A model generated the notes under the pieces. It saw only the letters and a program-made list of their open reading frames with translations, was not told the origin of the DNA and did no database searches. Source: an uncultured bacterium (GTDB lineage Bacteria > Chloroflexota > UBA5177 > JANWHV01). Taken from it: a DNA stretch of 64,000 bases. Location of the stretch: assembly GCA_963827235.1 (NCBI GenBank), contig CAWHAE010000009.1:1024001-1088000 (forward strand), written 5' to 3'. Below, in pieces: positions 18,963 through 28,975 of the stretch. The first letter of the stretch is position 1, and every line of letters starts with the position of its first letter. The position numbers and the translations under genes are program-made.

Positions 18963-19370
18963 ATGCCGAGACAGGTGGGTTCCCCGGTGGTGGTGGAAGG
19001 ATCGATAGTCCCGAGGGGCGATGGAGCGGCCCTGCCCGAGCCGTGGACCCGAAGCTGCCGCAAGGGGCCGCGGGGTGGGCTGAAGCGGGAGCCGCGGGTG
19101 GACGAGAGCGACCTGTACGTGCTGTTCCGGGAGCGCGGCGCCGGGCGGTATCCGTTCCTGCTGGCATGGCTGAACCGGCACGGGCTGACCTCCGGGTACG
19201 AGGTGCAGCACGCGGCACGCTTCGGGCGGGTGCTGGTGGTGGGGCAGCCGGACGGGCTCTCGCTGCCGGAGACGTGCGACACGTCGTACGTCAACGCGGA
19301 GACGGCGGACGTGCTGTTCCGCGGCCTGCCGAGCGTGCGGAGCTTCTTTGGGAGGGGGCATGGAGAGTAG
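18963..19370 (+). CDS. Phage hypothetical protein
   Basis: GGGAGGAG RBS before ATG 18963; overlaps the start of the protease. Confidence 0.55.
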   Translation: MPRQVGSPVVVEGSIVPRGDGAALPEPWTRSCRKGPRGGLKREPRVDESDLYVLFRERGAGRYPFLLAWLNRHGLTSGYEVQHAARFGRVLVVGQPDGLSLPETCDTSYVNAETADVLFRGLPSVRSFFGRGHGE

Positions 19371-19845
19371 GGAGAGCCGGATACGGTTCGGCATCAGCCT
19401 GCGGGAGGGGCTGGTGGGGCCGGCGGACAAGCGGGAAGTGGAGGTGGTGTGCATCCGGCCGGGTCTCTCGCGGAACGGCAACTACTACGGGCCGGAGTGC
19501 CTGGCGGAGGCGGTGCCGCTGTTCGAGGGGGCGCGGGCCTACGTGGACCATTCGGACGCCACGCTGCGCAGCGTGCGGGACCTGGCGGGGTCATACAAGA
19601 AGGTGCGGCTGGGCGGTGAGGGCGAGGTCCGGGCGACGCTGCGCATCTCGAAGAGCCAGGAGTGGCTGTGGGCGCTGATCCAGGAGTCGGTGGAGGAGGG
19701 GACGGACCTGGTGGGGCTGTCCATCGACGTGCAGGCGAAGGTGGTGGAGGGGCAGGTAGGCGGCCGGCGGGCGCGCATCGTGGAGCACATCCACACGCTC
19801 TCCAGCGTGGACGTGATCACGAAGGCATCGGCGGGTGGCACGTGG
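19360..19845 (+). CDS. Prohead protease domain, out of frame with the downstream scaffold/capsid (its own frame runs on to 20064)
   Basis: GLSRNGNYY, FEGARAYVDH, RSVRDLAG, VGLSID and SVDVITKASAGG motifs; protein-like sequence switches frame near 19845. Confidence 0.75.
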
Positions 19846-21460
19846 AGATCGTCGAGGAAGCGGGAACGAGGGCGCGTTCCAAGAAGCGGACAAGCAGAGT
19901 TGGTGGGACCAGTGCGAGCCGCTGAACGAGCAGGGGGCGGTGCTGGCGGAGCGGGCGGTGCGCGGCGGGACGTCGGTCGTGGGGCAGCAGCAGCCGGTGC
20001 CGGCGGGGCAGGTGAATCCGGTGCAGCTGGGACCGAGCGTTGGGCAGGCGATTCCTGGGGGTGAAGTGCAGTTGGGAGGGACGTACGTGGTGCAGACCGG
20101 CAGCAATCAGGTGGCGGGCGGCGGTGAGGGTCCGGCTACGGTGGCTCCGGTGGCGCCGCCTGCGCAGATGGTCTCGGCGAGCCAGGCGATCCGGGAGGGG
20201 AACGCGGCTGGAGCCTCCGACTGCGGTCGGATGGCAGCGAACGGGGGCACTGCGGTGCCCGGCGGCGGGATGGCGGTGCGCGAGGGCGAGAGCGCGGCGG
20301 GGGACGTGGCGCGGCTGCCGGAGGAAGTGCGGCAGGAGCGGGCGGTCTTCGCCGGCGAACGGTTGGTGGAGAGCACGCTGGGCAAGACAGAGCTGCCGGC
20401 GGCGATCCGGGCGCGGGTGGCACGGCGGTTTGCCGGTCAGGTGGTCCAGGAGGCGGACCTGCAGGCGGCAATCGACGAGGAGCGGGCCGTGCTGGCGGAG
20501 CTGACGGCGGGCGGGCTGATCCGGGGCATGGGCTACGAGAAGCGGGTCAGCATCGGCATGACGGAGGCGGAGCGGCTGCAGAAGGCGTTCGACCAGCTCT
20601 TCGACATCCAGGAGGGCGACAAGGTACCGGCGCTCTCGGGCATTCGGGAAGCCTACGCGGTGGCCACGCACGACTACGCGGTGACGGGCATCACGCCGTT
20701 GGAGCGGTTGCAGGAAGCGGACACCACGACCTCGACCTTCAGCTACCTGCTGGGCACGAGCATGAACAAGCGGCTGCTCAAGGACTACCAGGCATGGCCC
20801 AGCGAATGGCAGAAGTGGTGCACGATCACGCCGATCAAGGACTTCAAGCTGCAGAACCGGGTGCGGCTGGGTGCCTTCGGCTCGCTGACCACGGTGAGTG
20901 AAGACACGGCGTACACCACGATCACGCTCTCGGACGTGCAGGCGACCTACTCGCCGGCCAAGCGGGGCAACCTGGTGGCGGTGACGCGGGAGACGATCGT
21001 GAACGACGACCTGTACGCGATCAAGCAGATCCCGGGGAAGCTGGCGGTGGCGGCGGCGTTCACGCTGGCGGAGTTCGTATACGGGCTGGTGGCGGCGAAC
21101 GGGGGCAACATCTACGACGGCAACAAGCTGTTCGACTCGATCAACCACCTGAACACGGGCATCATTACCGCCAACCTGGGCACGGCGAACTCGGGGGCGG
21201 CGCTGGCGTCCGCGGCGCTGCAGACGGCGGTGACGAAGATGCGGCGGCAGGCGAACCTGGCGAGCAAGCCGATCGGGCTCAAGCCGCGCTTCATCGTGGT
21301 GCCGCCGGAGCTGGAGTGGACGGCGATGGTGATCACCAAGAGTGCCGGTGCGCCGGGTGGGAACAATAACGACATCAACCCGATGCTGGGCTACTGCGAG
21401 GTGATGGTGGCGCCGCAGATCTGTCAGTTTAAGCATAGGTTTGCGTATCGCGCAACCTGA
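19835..21460 (+). pseudogene. Scaffold plus major capsid protein (Mu gpT-like/HK97 fold), 3'-truncated at 21421 by the transposon
   Basis: TSMNKRLLKDY, KDFK, VTRETIVNDDL, IYDGNKLF, PRFIVVPPELE and NDINP; the last 12 codons come from the transposon end; in-frame GGAGG-N7-GTG at 20087. Confidence 0.8.
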
Positions 21461-21495
21461 TCGTTAAAATCGGCGCACGCAAATATATGCTTAAA
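21422..21495. repeat. Tn7-like transposon end: TGT terminus with three TnsB-type binding sites
   Basis: TGTCAGTT at 21422; TTTAAGCATAGGTTTGCGT at 21428-21446; inverted 17/19 copy at 21477-21495; degenerate inverted copy at 21451-21468; candidate target-site duplication (TSD) AGATC at 21417-21421. Confidence 0.8.
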
Positions 21496-22063
21496 GAACC
21501 GTCCGACGTGCTTGTCTTGTGACACTGATACTTCGGTGCGGAGCCTTCACTGAACCTCATCGCAAGACCAAGAATGGCCAACGCTTAAGTCGCTGCTCAC
21601 ACTTCGCTTACCCTGCAACTGCCTATGCCCGCTTCGGCAGCAACCACCACGCCGAACAGCACACCGCAGTGCATCCAGCAAGCAACTGCGGCGATCATTG
21701 CCACATTTGCATTACGCTGCGGCAGACCTCTCGAGCACCCAAAGTGAAGGGGCAGATACGCATGTCAACGCACGCACGCCGCGAGAATCGGTTATCGCGT
21801 GCGCCTAGAAGCACGCCGCGGCATGCCGACGCGCGGCAGCGTTTAGGCGACGGGAGCCTGCACCGACGTGACCGCACGATGGCCTCCGATGCCTTCAGCA
21901 CGAAGAACACGCCGGGCAAGGCGTGCACCAACCAAACGGTGATCAACATCTACGCGCGTGCCGATCTCGCCTGACGTCCGGCGTCTGCATACTCTACCCC
22001 GTGGAATAGCAGTGTCCACTTCCACGCCGGCGGCCACGTGTCGACCAGATTCATCGAGATCGC

Positions 22064-23551
22064 TCAGAGACTTGGCAGGTCGCGTTCACCACCCGGAGTC
22101 CATCCAGACTTCTCAAGCGCAGACTCCCAGACAGCGTAAAAGATCGGATCCGCGTGATGCGCAGGTGTAGCAAGTCGCTCAATCACTTTCGCCTGGCTGG
22201 GATACTCATCGGCAGCTGTAAGCTCACGTACAATCACATCTACCTCGCGAGCAAGTCCGGCCATTCGGTTGAGACTCCGGTTGCGCTCGTAGCGCCCGTG
22301 AAACTGCGCGATGCGCGCGCACTGCTTTGGATACATGTTCGTGAGCAAAGCAGCATCACACTCAAGACGGCGCGCCAATTGATGTACCGAGGGTGGAGGC
22401 ACGATGTGCCCCGCCAACGCAGCCTCCAGCACCTGGTTGATATCGTCAGACCAGCGGCTTCGATGTGGGCGGGTTGGCGCGCGCATAGGCACGTATTCGT
22501 TCACGAGCGGAGTCAGCGTATCGTGAGGATCAGGCAACTCACCAGTCAGGAAAGTCACCACTCCCACACCCAACCCGGCGCATAACCGCAGGAGTTCGGG
22601 AAATGAAGGCACGCTCACTCCTGTAAGCCATCTTCGTACGGTGTCTTGATGCTGCCCAGTCTTCTGCGCCAGCGCGCGCACCCCAGTGCCATTGACTCTC
22701 CGGGTGGCGGCAGGAGACGCAGTCTCATGCAGTCGCGAAGCAACCCTCTCCTTACCCGGCGGTGAGACGCGGGGAGCTACGGCCACTAGATCTCCTGCCT
22801 GCCGGGCGACCCACATTTCCCAGCGCCCCTCATGGGTTTCGGTTGCTACAGGGTGCTGGGCCGCACGTATCCCATGAACCTTGCTACCCAACGAATCCCC
22901 ACAATGGGGACAAAAGCCAGGACGCGTTATCGGACCCAGCACCGGCATTTCTCGCCAGCACCTTGGATTTGCGCATCGGTCCAGGAGATAGACGTGATGC
23001 CGTAGGCAGACTTGAACAGCGCCGATGGCCCACACCAATCGGTCAGACACAATACCGCCATCTTGCTGCATCTCTTGATAGCAGTATGGACAGTACGCAC
23101 GCATGGATCGTAGCAAGCCTCTAGACGCGATCACGCTACGCCACGTCAGCAGAGTCAGAGATCCGAGCAGTGCTGGCTGGCAAGTCAGCACTTCGACCGC
23201 GTTGACGATCGCCTCAGCCTGACCATCCAACCCATTAATGGCCACAGCGTCCCGCAGCAGCATCCTGCCGAGGGTACGGTCCGACAAGTTGGGCCGCTGC
23301 GCCATCGGGAAGATCTCCTCACCCATCAGCGTGCGAAGGTGTACACAGTGCGCAAACGCCAGGCGTGCCAAATAACCGCTCATACCTTCCACGTCCGGCG
23401 TACCAACCCACTGCGGTGCCAGACGATATAAACGGCTTCGAGCTGAGATCTGGGGAAGTGTGAGGTCAAACACGGCATTGCCGCCGACAGTGGAATTCCA
23501 GGCGGCTTCGTCATCACTCAGATTGTCGATGACAATCACGCTTCTTTCCAC
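22064..23551 (-). CDS. tniQ: TniQ/TnsD-family target selector with internal XRE-like and C-terminal HTH regions
   Basis: EGMSGYLARLAFAHC; zinc ligands YCPYC, CLRH, CxxxxC and CPHC; GVRALA...TVRRWLTG HTH. Confidence 0.85.
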   Translation of the reverse strand: MERSVIVIDNLSDDEAAWNSTVGGNAVFDLTLPQISARSRLYRLAPQWVGTPDVEGMSGYLARLAFAHCVHLRTLMGEEIFPMAQRPNLSDRTLGRMLLRDAVAINGLDGQAEAIVNAVEVLTCQPALLGSLTLLTWRSVIASRGLLRSMRAYCPYCYQEMQQDGGIVSDRLVWAIGAVQVCLRHHVYLLDRCANPRCWREMPVLGPITRPGFCPHCGDSLGSKVHGIRAAQHPVATETHEGRWEMWVARQAGDLVAVAPRVSPPGKERVASRLHETASPAATRRVNGTGVRALAQKTGQHQDTVRRWLTGVSVPSFPELLRLCAGLGVGVVTFLTGELPDPHDTLTPLVNEYVPMRAPTRPHRSRWSDDINQVLEAALAGHIVPPPSVHQLARRLECDAALLTNMYPKQCARIAQFHGRYERNRSLNRMAGLAREVDVIVRELTAADEYPSQAKVIERLATPAHHADPIFYAVWESALEKSGWTPGGERDLPSL

Positions 23552-24819
23552 GCTTGACCCCCTTCGCCACCAACTGGGTCTCGTGTCGGACGGCGTTCAC
23601 CGACCCCGCGCTTGGAATCACGCCGACCAGTCGTTTTTCCGCTGGTCCTGCCATCGCCGTCAGAAACACCGGCGTACTCAGCACCGGGTAGCGTCATGCG
23701 ACCGGCGCCATGACAAAGAGCGTCAAACTGCCGGGTCCTCCACGCGCGCTCCACCGCAGGACTCACCAGAACGGATCTTTCCCCCGTCTGCGCAGCGTCG
23801 ATGAGCCTATCAATATCTTCTGGCGATTGCATGTACTGCTCCACCTGCTTCATGGTAACCTTCGGCGGATCCTTGCTGAGCCCATCAGCCAACACGTGGG
23901 TGAGCAGGTCCTTGAGCGTACCGATACAGCCAATGCATGCCAGGTAGCACTGTCTCCATCGAGTCATCAACTCTATGGGAGTCTCGGGAACTGGCATCTG
24001 AAGCAGCAACGTCTTAAGCGCTGACTGAAAACTGGCGACGTGTTCCTTTTGCGCAATATCGTAACGCGGGATATAGATCTGGTGTCCACCGGAAAGCATG
24101 TCAGTATTGACCTCCCGCAGTGCGTGAAGGTCATCCGTGCCCACCAATACATGCACTACCTTGCAGCGCTTTGCCATCCCTCGGATGACTTCTGCGCGGA
24201 CCTCCAGCGAGTCCGATGAGCACGACAACAACAGGCGCTGCGCTTCGAAGATGAAGAACGCAAGCGGCCTACGTTTATTCAGCGCAGACTCAACAGCATC
24301 CTGCAAGCCCGCAGTTGAATGGTTATAGTGCTTCGATGGCACTGGAGCCAGCGCAGGCCACAATGGGAGCTGGCCAGGTTGGTGCTCAAACGCACGGATC
24401 CGAGCAATCATCGGGACTTGCAGCGCACGCAGGGCATCGCTGTAATGTCGAGCCCAGCCATACCCCCCATTTTCCGGTGCTTTCGCCTCTATTTGTGGAA
24501 GCAGCACACGACCCCTATCTGACTCAAGCTCCTCACGATATTCATCCGCAAGAAGCTTAATGACCTCAGCGCAAGCCGTACGCTTACCTACGCCTTGGGG
24601 GCCACACACCAAGATATGCGACCAACTACCCGGCGTTCGAATCGCATTCAACAGGTCATCACGCGCAGTAGTAAGCGCTGGATGTTCAATCACCGTTTGC
24701 TGAAAGTACGCAAGCCGCTCAGCCGCTGGCTGTCGGAGCAAATCACGCGGAAAGAGACCAGGGCCTAGGGGATTCGCTGTAGATCCTTCGCTCTCGCCTG
24801 CGTCGAACGTTTGATCCAT
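23536..24819 (-). CDS. tnsC: TnsC/TniB-family AAA+ ATPase with atypical Walker motifs
   Basis: ERLAYF..TVIEHP, GPQGVGKRT, FFIFEAQ, HVLVGT and CIGCIGTLKD; lies between tnsAB and tniQ. Confidence 0.85.
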   Translation of the reverse strand: MDQTFDAGESEGSTANPLGPGLFPRDLLRQPAAERLAYFQQTVIEHPALTTARDDLLNAIRTPGSWSHILVCGPQGVGKRTACAEVIKLLADEYREELESDRGRVLLPQIEAKAPENGGYGWARHYSDALRALQVPMIARIRAFEHQPGQLPLWPALAPVPSKHYNHSTAGLQDAVESALNKRRPLAFFIFEAQRLLLSCSSDSLEVRAEVIRGMAKRCKVVHVLVGTDDLHALREVNTDMLSGGHQIYIPRYDIAQKEHVASFQSALKTLLLQMPVPETPIELMTRWRQCYLACIGCIGTLKDLLTHVLADGLSKDPPKVTMKQVEQYMQSPEDIDRLIDAAQTGERSVLVSPAVERAWRTRQFDALCHGAGRMTLPGAEYAGVSDGDGRTSGKTTGRRDSKRGVGERRPTRDPVGGEGGQAWKEA

Positions 24820-24820
24820 C

Positions 24821-27800
24821 TCACGTCAACCGTTCGGTCGTGGGTATCGCGTCAAAATCGAGCGCGAGATCGTCAGCATCGTAAGCACCACGAACACCGT
24901 GCTCAGTCGGGACCGTGCTCCTATTCCGCAGAACCTGCTGGCTCGAGGAGGGAAGCAACACCAGCGGTGGGCGGTCAGATTCGGGGGACTGCTGCGATAC
25001 GGTCGGACTTCCCTCAGCACGATCACTTGGTGCCGGAGAGACTTGCAGTGCAGAGTCCTGCACCTTATCCTCCGGATTACCGGGAAGCACGGCGTCATCG
25101 ATTCTAACAGTGAGTAGGGTCAAAACCGGTTCATGATTCACGTCTTCAGGAGCGACAGGTCGCACCACCAGCGCAGACTGTGCTGGAGCAACCCCGCCAG
25201 CTGGAACCGGCCCACCGGCAATCCGTTGGTTAACAGCAATGTGTAGTGCATCGCGTTTACGTTGCATCAACACTGCCTGGGTCACATCGACGCTGTGCAG
25301 ATAAGCCGCCAGATCCCCAACGTTCAACGTCTTTGAAGCTCGATACGATGCGCGGTTCTTCGCCCGCAACTCCGCAGACGCCAGGCGAAGCAAGCGCTCA
25401 GACATGCCTTTGAACAGGTGGGAGTGGTAGTACGAGAAGCACTTCACCCAACGTCCCACCCGCACCAAGATATACCCCGCATCAAAGGGATCGTACTTCA
25501 CCTCAACACGCGTCCCATTGAACCTGCCCGGAATTGGCGAGGGCACCTTGTAGATCACGTGGTGGAGTTGCACCTGCCCTTTCTTATTAAGCTTCGCAAC
25601 CCCGGTCCGCGTCGTCGGGAGAGTCTCACGCAGAAAGTCATCATCATAGGCGATACGCTTGAAGTCCCGCTCACCAGAGAGGCGCACGCTCTGCTCAAAG
25701 GCATTCCGCGGCGAATCCAAGACGCCCCGGTGTACCGCGGTGTCGTATGTCCCGTAGGCCCAAGCGCAGATCTCCAAGTACAACGTCTCCAGGGACCAGA
25801 TTGCGTGCCGCGCAGGATCCACGGACACAGTCACCTGTCGCACATTGCGCATCACCGTGGTATTTCCCTCGAGGTTATGGATCAACTGTGTATTCAGCGT
25901 GCCGAAGAGTCGCTCGCCTATCGCACCGTGACGCGGCTCAGCGCTGGGACGCTGTCGCTTGATACAACCGTTCTGGGTCAACAACGATTCAAAGTACACC
26001 GAATCGAACTCAGATCCCCCATCAACCACGAGTGCACTAGGAAGGCGATTCCATCGCCGAACACAGTCGCGAATCACCATCATACACGACCGATAACTCG
26101 GCTCGTCAAACGTCAGATAGAGCGCCAGGATACGTCGCGAGAACGCATCCACCATCAGCGTCAGCCACGGTCGACCCAGCACCCTGTTGCTGTACATATC
26201 CATAAGTTGCACGTCAAGCTGCGTGTGATCGAGATGGGCCATCTCCCACGCTCGCACCCCGTGGCGCTCAGGGCCCTCGATTTCCAGGGGAACGTCTTCC
26301 TTGATCCCATAGGCCGCACGCCTCCCCTCACGACGTACTTTTTGCTCGTAGAGCGAAGTGTTGTTAACAGCCCTATAGAACGTCACGTGGCTGGGAGGCG
26401 GCAACCCTTTCTCCTGTGCCAAACGACACACCTCCACGTATGATGACCACGCCCTCCCACGCTTGAGGCCGAGAGCATTCTGTCCCAGATGCTTGTCCCT
26501 GATAACATCGCGCATGATCGCGTAGAGGCGGACATCCAATCGTTGCGAGGAATTCCCGGACCGCGGTTTCGGCAGCAAGCCAACATGACCGTTACCGTAG
26601 CAAACTTCAGCATCGCGGTAGTCCTTGCACCATTGCTGGCACGTACGCAGCGGCGGTGCCTTTGCCGGCAGATGTTCTCCACGCAGAAGCAGTTGCACGA
26701 AAGGATGCCGCCGCGTCGCTTCTGCGTGATCCTGCCGGGACGCGTGAAGCATTCTTTCCCGGCCGGCGGGGGTCATACTTCCTGTATGCGCGGGCAACTC
26801 TGGTAGGTTTGCTATTTCCCCACGGCCGACGAGGTCATCGAAGTCTCGATGCGAAACAGCAAGGACATCCCCGCTTGGACCGACGAGCCTGACGTTGTCA
26901 GCGTCGCCCCCTATCCACGAGAATCGTCCACCGCGCCACGTGACCGTCGCGCCCGGCGTCAAAGCCCGTATGCGAGCGATGCGCGAAACAGCCTCTGTCT
27001 TTGCTTGCTCTGCCAGCGCCCAAGACTGCGCGCTTTCGGCGTCCGCGTAGATCCGCATGCCTGGCCGACGCGCCAGTTGCTCGCTATGGAGGTCAACGCA
27101 GACCTCGCCACGTGCAATGAGCAGATACAGACTATCAGCAACGTTCGGAAAGCGCTGGAGGGATTCAGCGTCAATGATGTCGTGAGTCCGCACACCCGGC
27201 TGCGAACAAACAATGTCGATAAGAGCTTGGCGCAGTTCGGCCCGTACCTCTACGGGGCTTTCACACTGTAGATACTCAGCCAGGAATGAGATGTTCTCCT
27301 GGAACTTCCAGTTGATAGCCTTGGACGAGAAGACCCGATACTCAAGGCCGAACTGCGCCGCGTATGCTTGCCCAGGGGGACAGATCCAATCGGTATCGCC
27401 CACTCTCTGATAGCGATTCGGCTGCTCTACAGAAAGTTCCTGAAGCTTCTCTTCCTGCTTGCATTCCACCCACCAAGCCCCGCGCGCGGCCAGGACGAAG
27501 AAGTCAGGAGTATGCATTCCGCGCCATCGCCGCCCAGCCTTGGCCTGGTAGTCAAGGGGAATCTGCGGCGGTTGATCCCAGATCTCCAGGATGTCATCGT
27601 CGAACTCAGACAGCATGATAAACGGCAACTCGACGGTATGACTCTCGAACTGGACCGAATGACCCATCTTGCGACTCGGATACCGTCCGTGCACGTTTCC
27701 TGCGCGACCACTAACCAAGCGACTGGGAGGGGAACCACGGATGCCCGCGACTTCCGCACGCGCGGCATCAGATAGCCCCACCTCGCCGCACCACGCAGCA

Positions 27801-27823
27801 AACCCCGACTCCGAGAGTTTCAT
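24821..27823 (-). CDS. tnsAB: Natural TnsA-TnsB fusion transposase (1000 aa)
   Basis: N-terminal TnsA: YPSRKM, FES, DQP, TPDF, VECK. C-terminal DDE: LDHT, RPWLT..VDAFSR, VDGGSEF, ERLFGT, KYDPFD. GGAGAG RBS before ATG 27823. Confidence 0.9.
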   Translation of the reverse strand: MKLSESGFAAWCGEVGLSDAARAEVAGIRGSPPSRLVSGRAGNVHGRYPSRKMGHSVQFESHTVELPFIMLSEFDDDILEIWDQPPQIPLDYQAKAGRRWRGMHTPDFFVLAARGAWWVECKQEEKLQELSVEQPNRYQRVGDTDWICPPGQAYAAQFGLEYRVFSSKAINWKFQENISFLAEYLQCESPVEVRAELRQALIDIVCSQPGVRTHDIIDAESLQRFPNVADSLYLLIARGEVCVDLHSEQLARRPGMRIYADAESAQSWALAEQAKTEAVSRIARIRALTPGATVTWRGGRFSWIGGDADNVRLVGPSGDVLAVSHRDFDDLVGRGEIANLPELPAHTGSMTPAGRERMLHASRQDHAEATRRHPFVQLLLRGEHLPAKAPPLRTCQQWCKDYRDAEVCYGNGHVGLLPKPRSGNSSQRLDVRLYAIMRDVIRDKHLGQNALGLKRGRAWSSYVEVCRLAQEKGLPPPSHVTFYRAVNNTSLYEQKVRREGRRAAYGIKEDVPLEIEGPERHGVRAWEMAHLDHTQLDVQLMDMYSNRVLGRPWLTLMVDAFSRRILALYLTFDEPSYRSCMMVIRDCVRRWNRLPSALVVDGGSEFDSVYFESLLTQNGCIKRQRPSAEPRHGAIGERLFGTLNTQLIHNLEGNTTVMRNVRQVTVSVDPARHAIWSLETLYLEICAWAYGTYDTAVHRGVLDSPRNAFEQSVRLSGERDFKRIAYDDDFLRETLPTTRTGVAKLNKKGQVQLHHVIYKVPSPIPGRFNGTRVEVKYDPFDAGYILVRVGRWVKCFSYYHSHLFKGMSERLLRLASAELRAKNRASYRASKTLNVGDLAAYLHSVDVTQAVLMQRKRDALHIAVNQRIAGGPVPAGGVAPAQSALVVRPVAPEDVNHEPVLTLLTVRIDDAVLPGNPEDKVQDSALQVSPAPSDRAEGSPTVSQQSPESDRPPLVLLPSSSQQVLRNRSTVPTEHGVRGAYDADDLALDFDAIPTTERLT

Positions 27824-28234
27824 GATACTCTCCAGCGAGCCGTTGACCGCGGCAACCAGCTTGAAATCCGCCTGGTGCTTGTAGCCACCATCATCGCGCA
27901 TGCTTGCCCGGCACCCAGACGCACCCTGCGCCGAGAAGCCGCAGAATTCGGGCCTAGTGTACACCGCACTCTACCCATTGAATACTCCCAATTCAGTTCG
28001 CCAGACCTCACGGATGGTGCGCGGGCAATCGGCAAGCCTCTGCAGTTTCGCGTCACCCAGTCGCTACTAAGCTCGAGCGGCTAACACCGACGTCAGAGGA
28101 ACGGCCCGGAACACCGTCCGTAGCTCCGCCGCCAAACCCGATACAACACCTGCGACGGCTCTAGTTGCCGACAACAGCAGTTCCCGCATCATCGTGCGCC
28201 CACCTGCTCCACCTGCGTGTCAACATGTAACTTC

Positions 28235-28975
28235 CTATAGGAGCCCCATAACCTCCGCCCAGGCAAGCGTAACATCGAGTTCCTGGCCGTTCTCAAGCGA
28301 AACTAAGATGATCCTCGACATGCAATGGGGCACCACGGCAAGACACTGCTGCAGCACGTAGTGATCGCGAGCCGAGAGTATCCGTACGGCCGACCAATCC
28401 GCAGCGATCGGAAGCACAGGGCAAAACTCAAGCACTTCGACCGCACCATCACTCGCCTGTACCACCGCGTCGGGGCGGGACCCTAACCCGCGACAGCCGT
28501 AGACCGCGTGCAAGTACGGTTGGACAGCCACCAGATGCCGGCCCATTCTCAGACAGGGCACATCCTGGGCATACGAGCGCAACCAGTAATATCCGGCAAG
28601 ATCCGGATGATCGTCTCCGCCAGCGTGCACCCACGCAGCCGCCCAGATAGCGCCGAGAGCCGCGCGCTCGATGATGGCACCTTGCAAGAGGTGCCGATGT
28701 ATCGCCACAGCGGCGCAATGCTGCGCCGTGTACCAGAGCGATGCCAGGCGCGACATGTCCGAAGCACAAGCCAATCCGTGCACTAGCTTGTGGTATTCAC
28801 CAAACCCCCAGCGCCAATCTGGATAAACCGGCGCGTCGTAAAGGGCGTGCATATCCAGACCGGGAAAGCAGCGCCCTTCTTGGTTCCTGTACACCACCCG
28901 TCCCACCTCACGCAGAGTCATCGTTCCCTTGTCGCCTTCGGTCACAAGAGGGGTCACAATGCGCACATAGCGCAA
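28235..28975 (-). CDS. Degenerate PD-(D/E)XK-like protein, paralogue of 29772-30542
   Basis: Shares AVAxHR, LGxxWxAAWVxAGG, AGxxWLxxYA and RPD...DGxVxxLE; lacks the C-terminal Cys cluster; start uncertain. Confidence 0.6.
   Translation of the reverse strand: MRYVRIVTPLVTEGDKGTMTLREVGRVVYRNQEGRCFPGLDMHALYDAPVYPDWRWGFGEYHKLVHGLACASDMSRLASLWYTAQHCAAVAIHRHLLQGAIIERAALGAIWAAAWVHAGGDDHPDLAGYYWLRSYAQDVPCLRMGRHLVAVQPYLHAVYGCRGLGSRPDAVVQASDGAVEVLEFCPVLPIAADWSAVRILSARDHYVLQQCLAVVPHCMSRIILVSLENGQELDVTLAWAEVMGLL

Larger units (their letters stand above)
12726..21421 (+). mobile_element. Prophage-like or GTA-like head and lysis gene cluster, interrupted by a Tn7-like element
   Basis: Co-oriented portal, methyltransferase, GH25 lysin and protease/capsid genes; uniform G-rich codon usage ends abruptly at 21421. 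Confidence 0.8.

Noticed and set aside
27824-28234. Second transposon end just upstream of tnsAB
   Set aside because: No copy of the TTTAAGCATA..TTTGCGT site or an ACA-AGATC junction was seen here or elsewhere by eye; a computational scan should confirm
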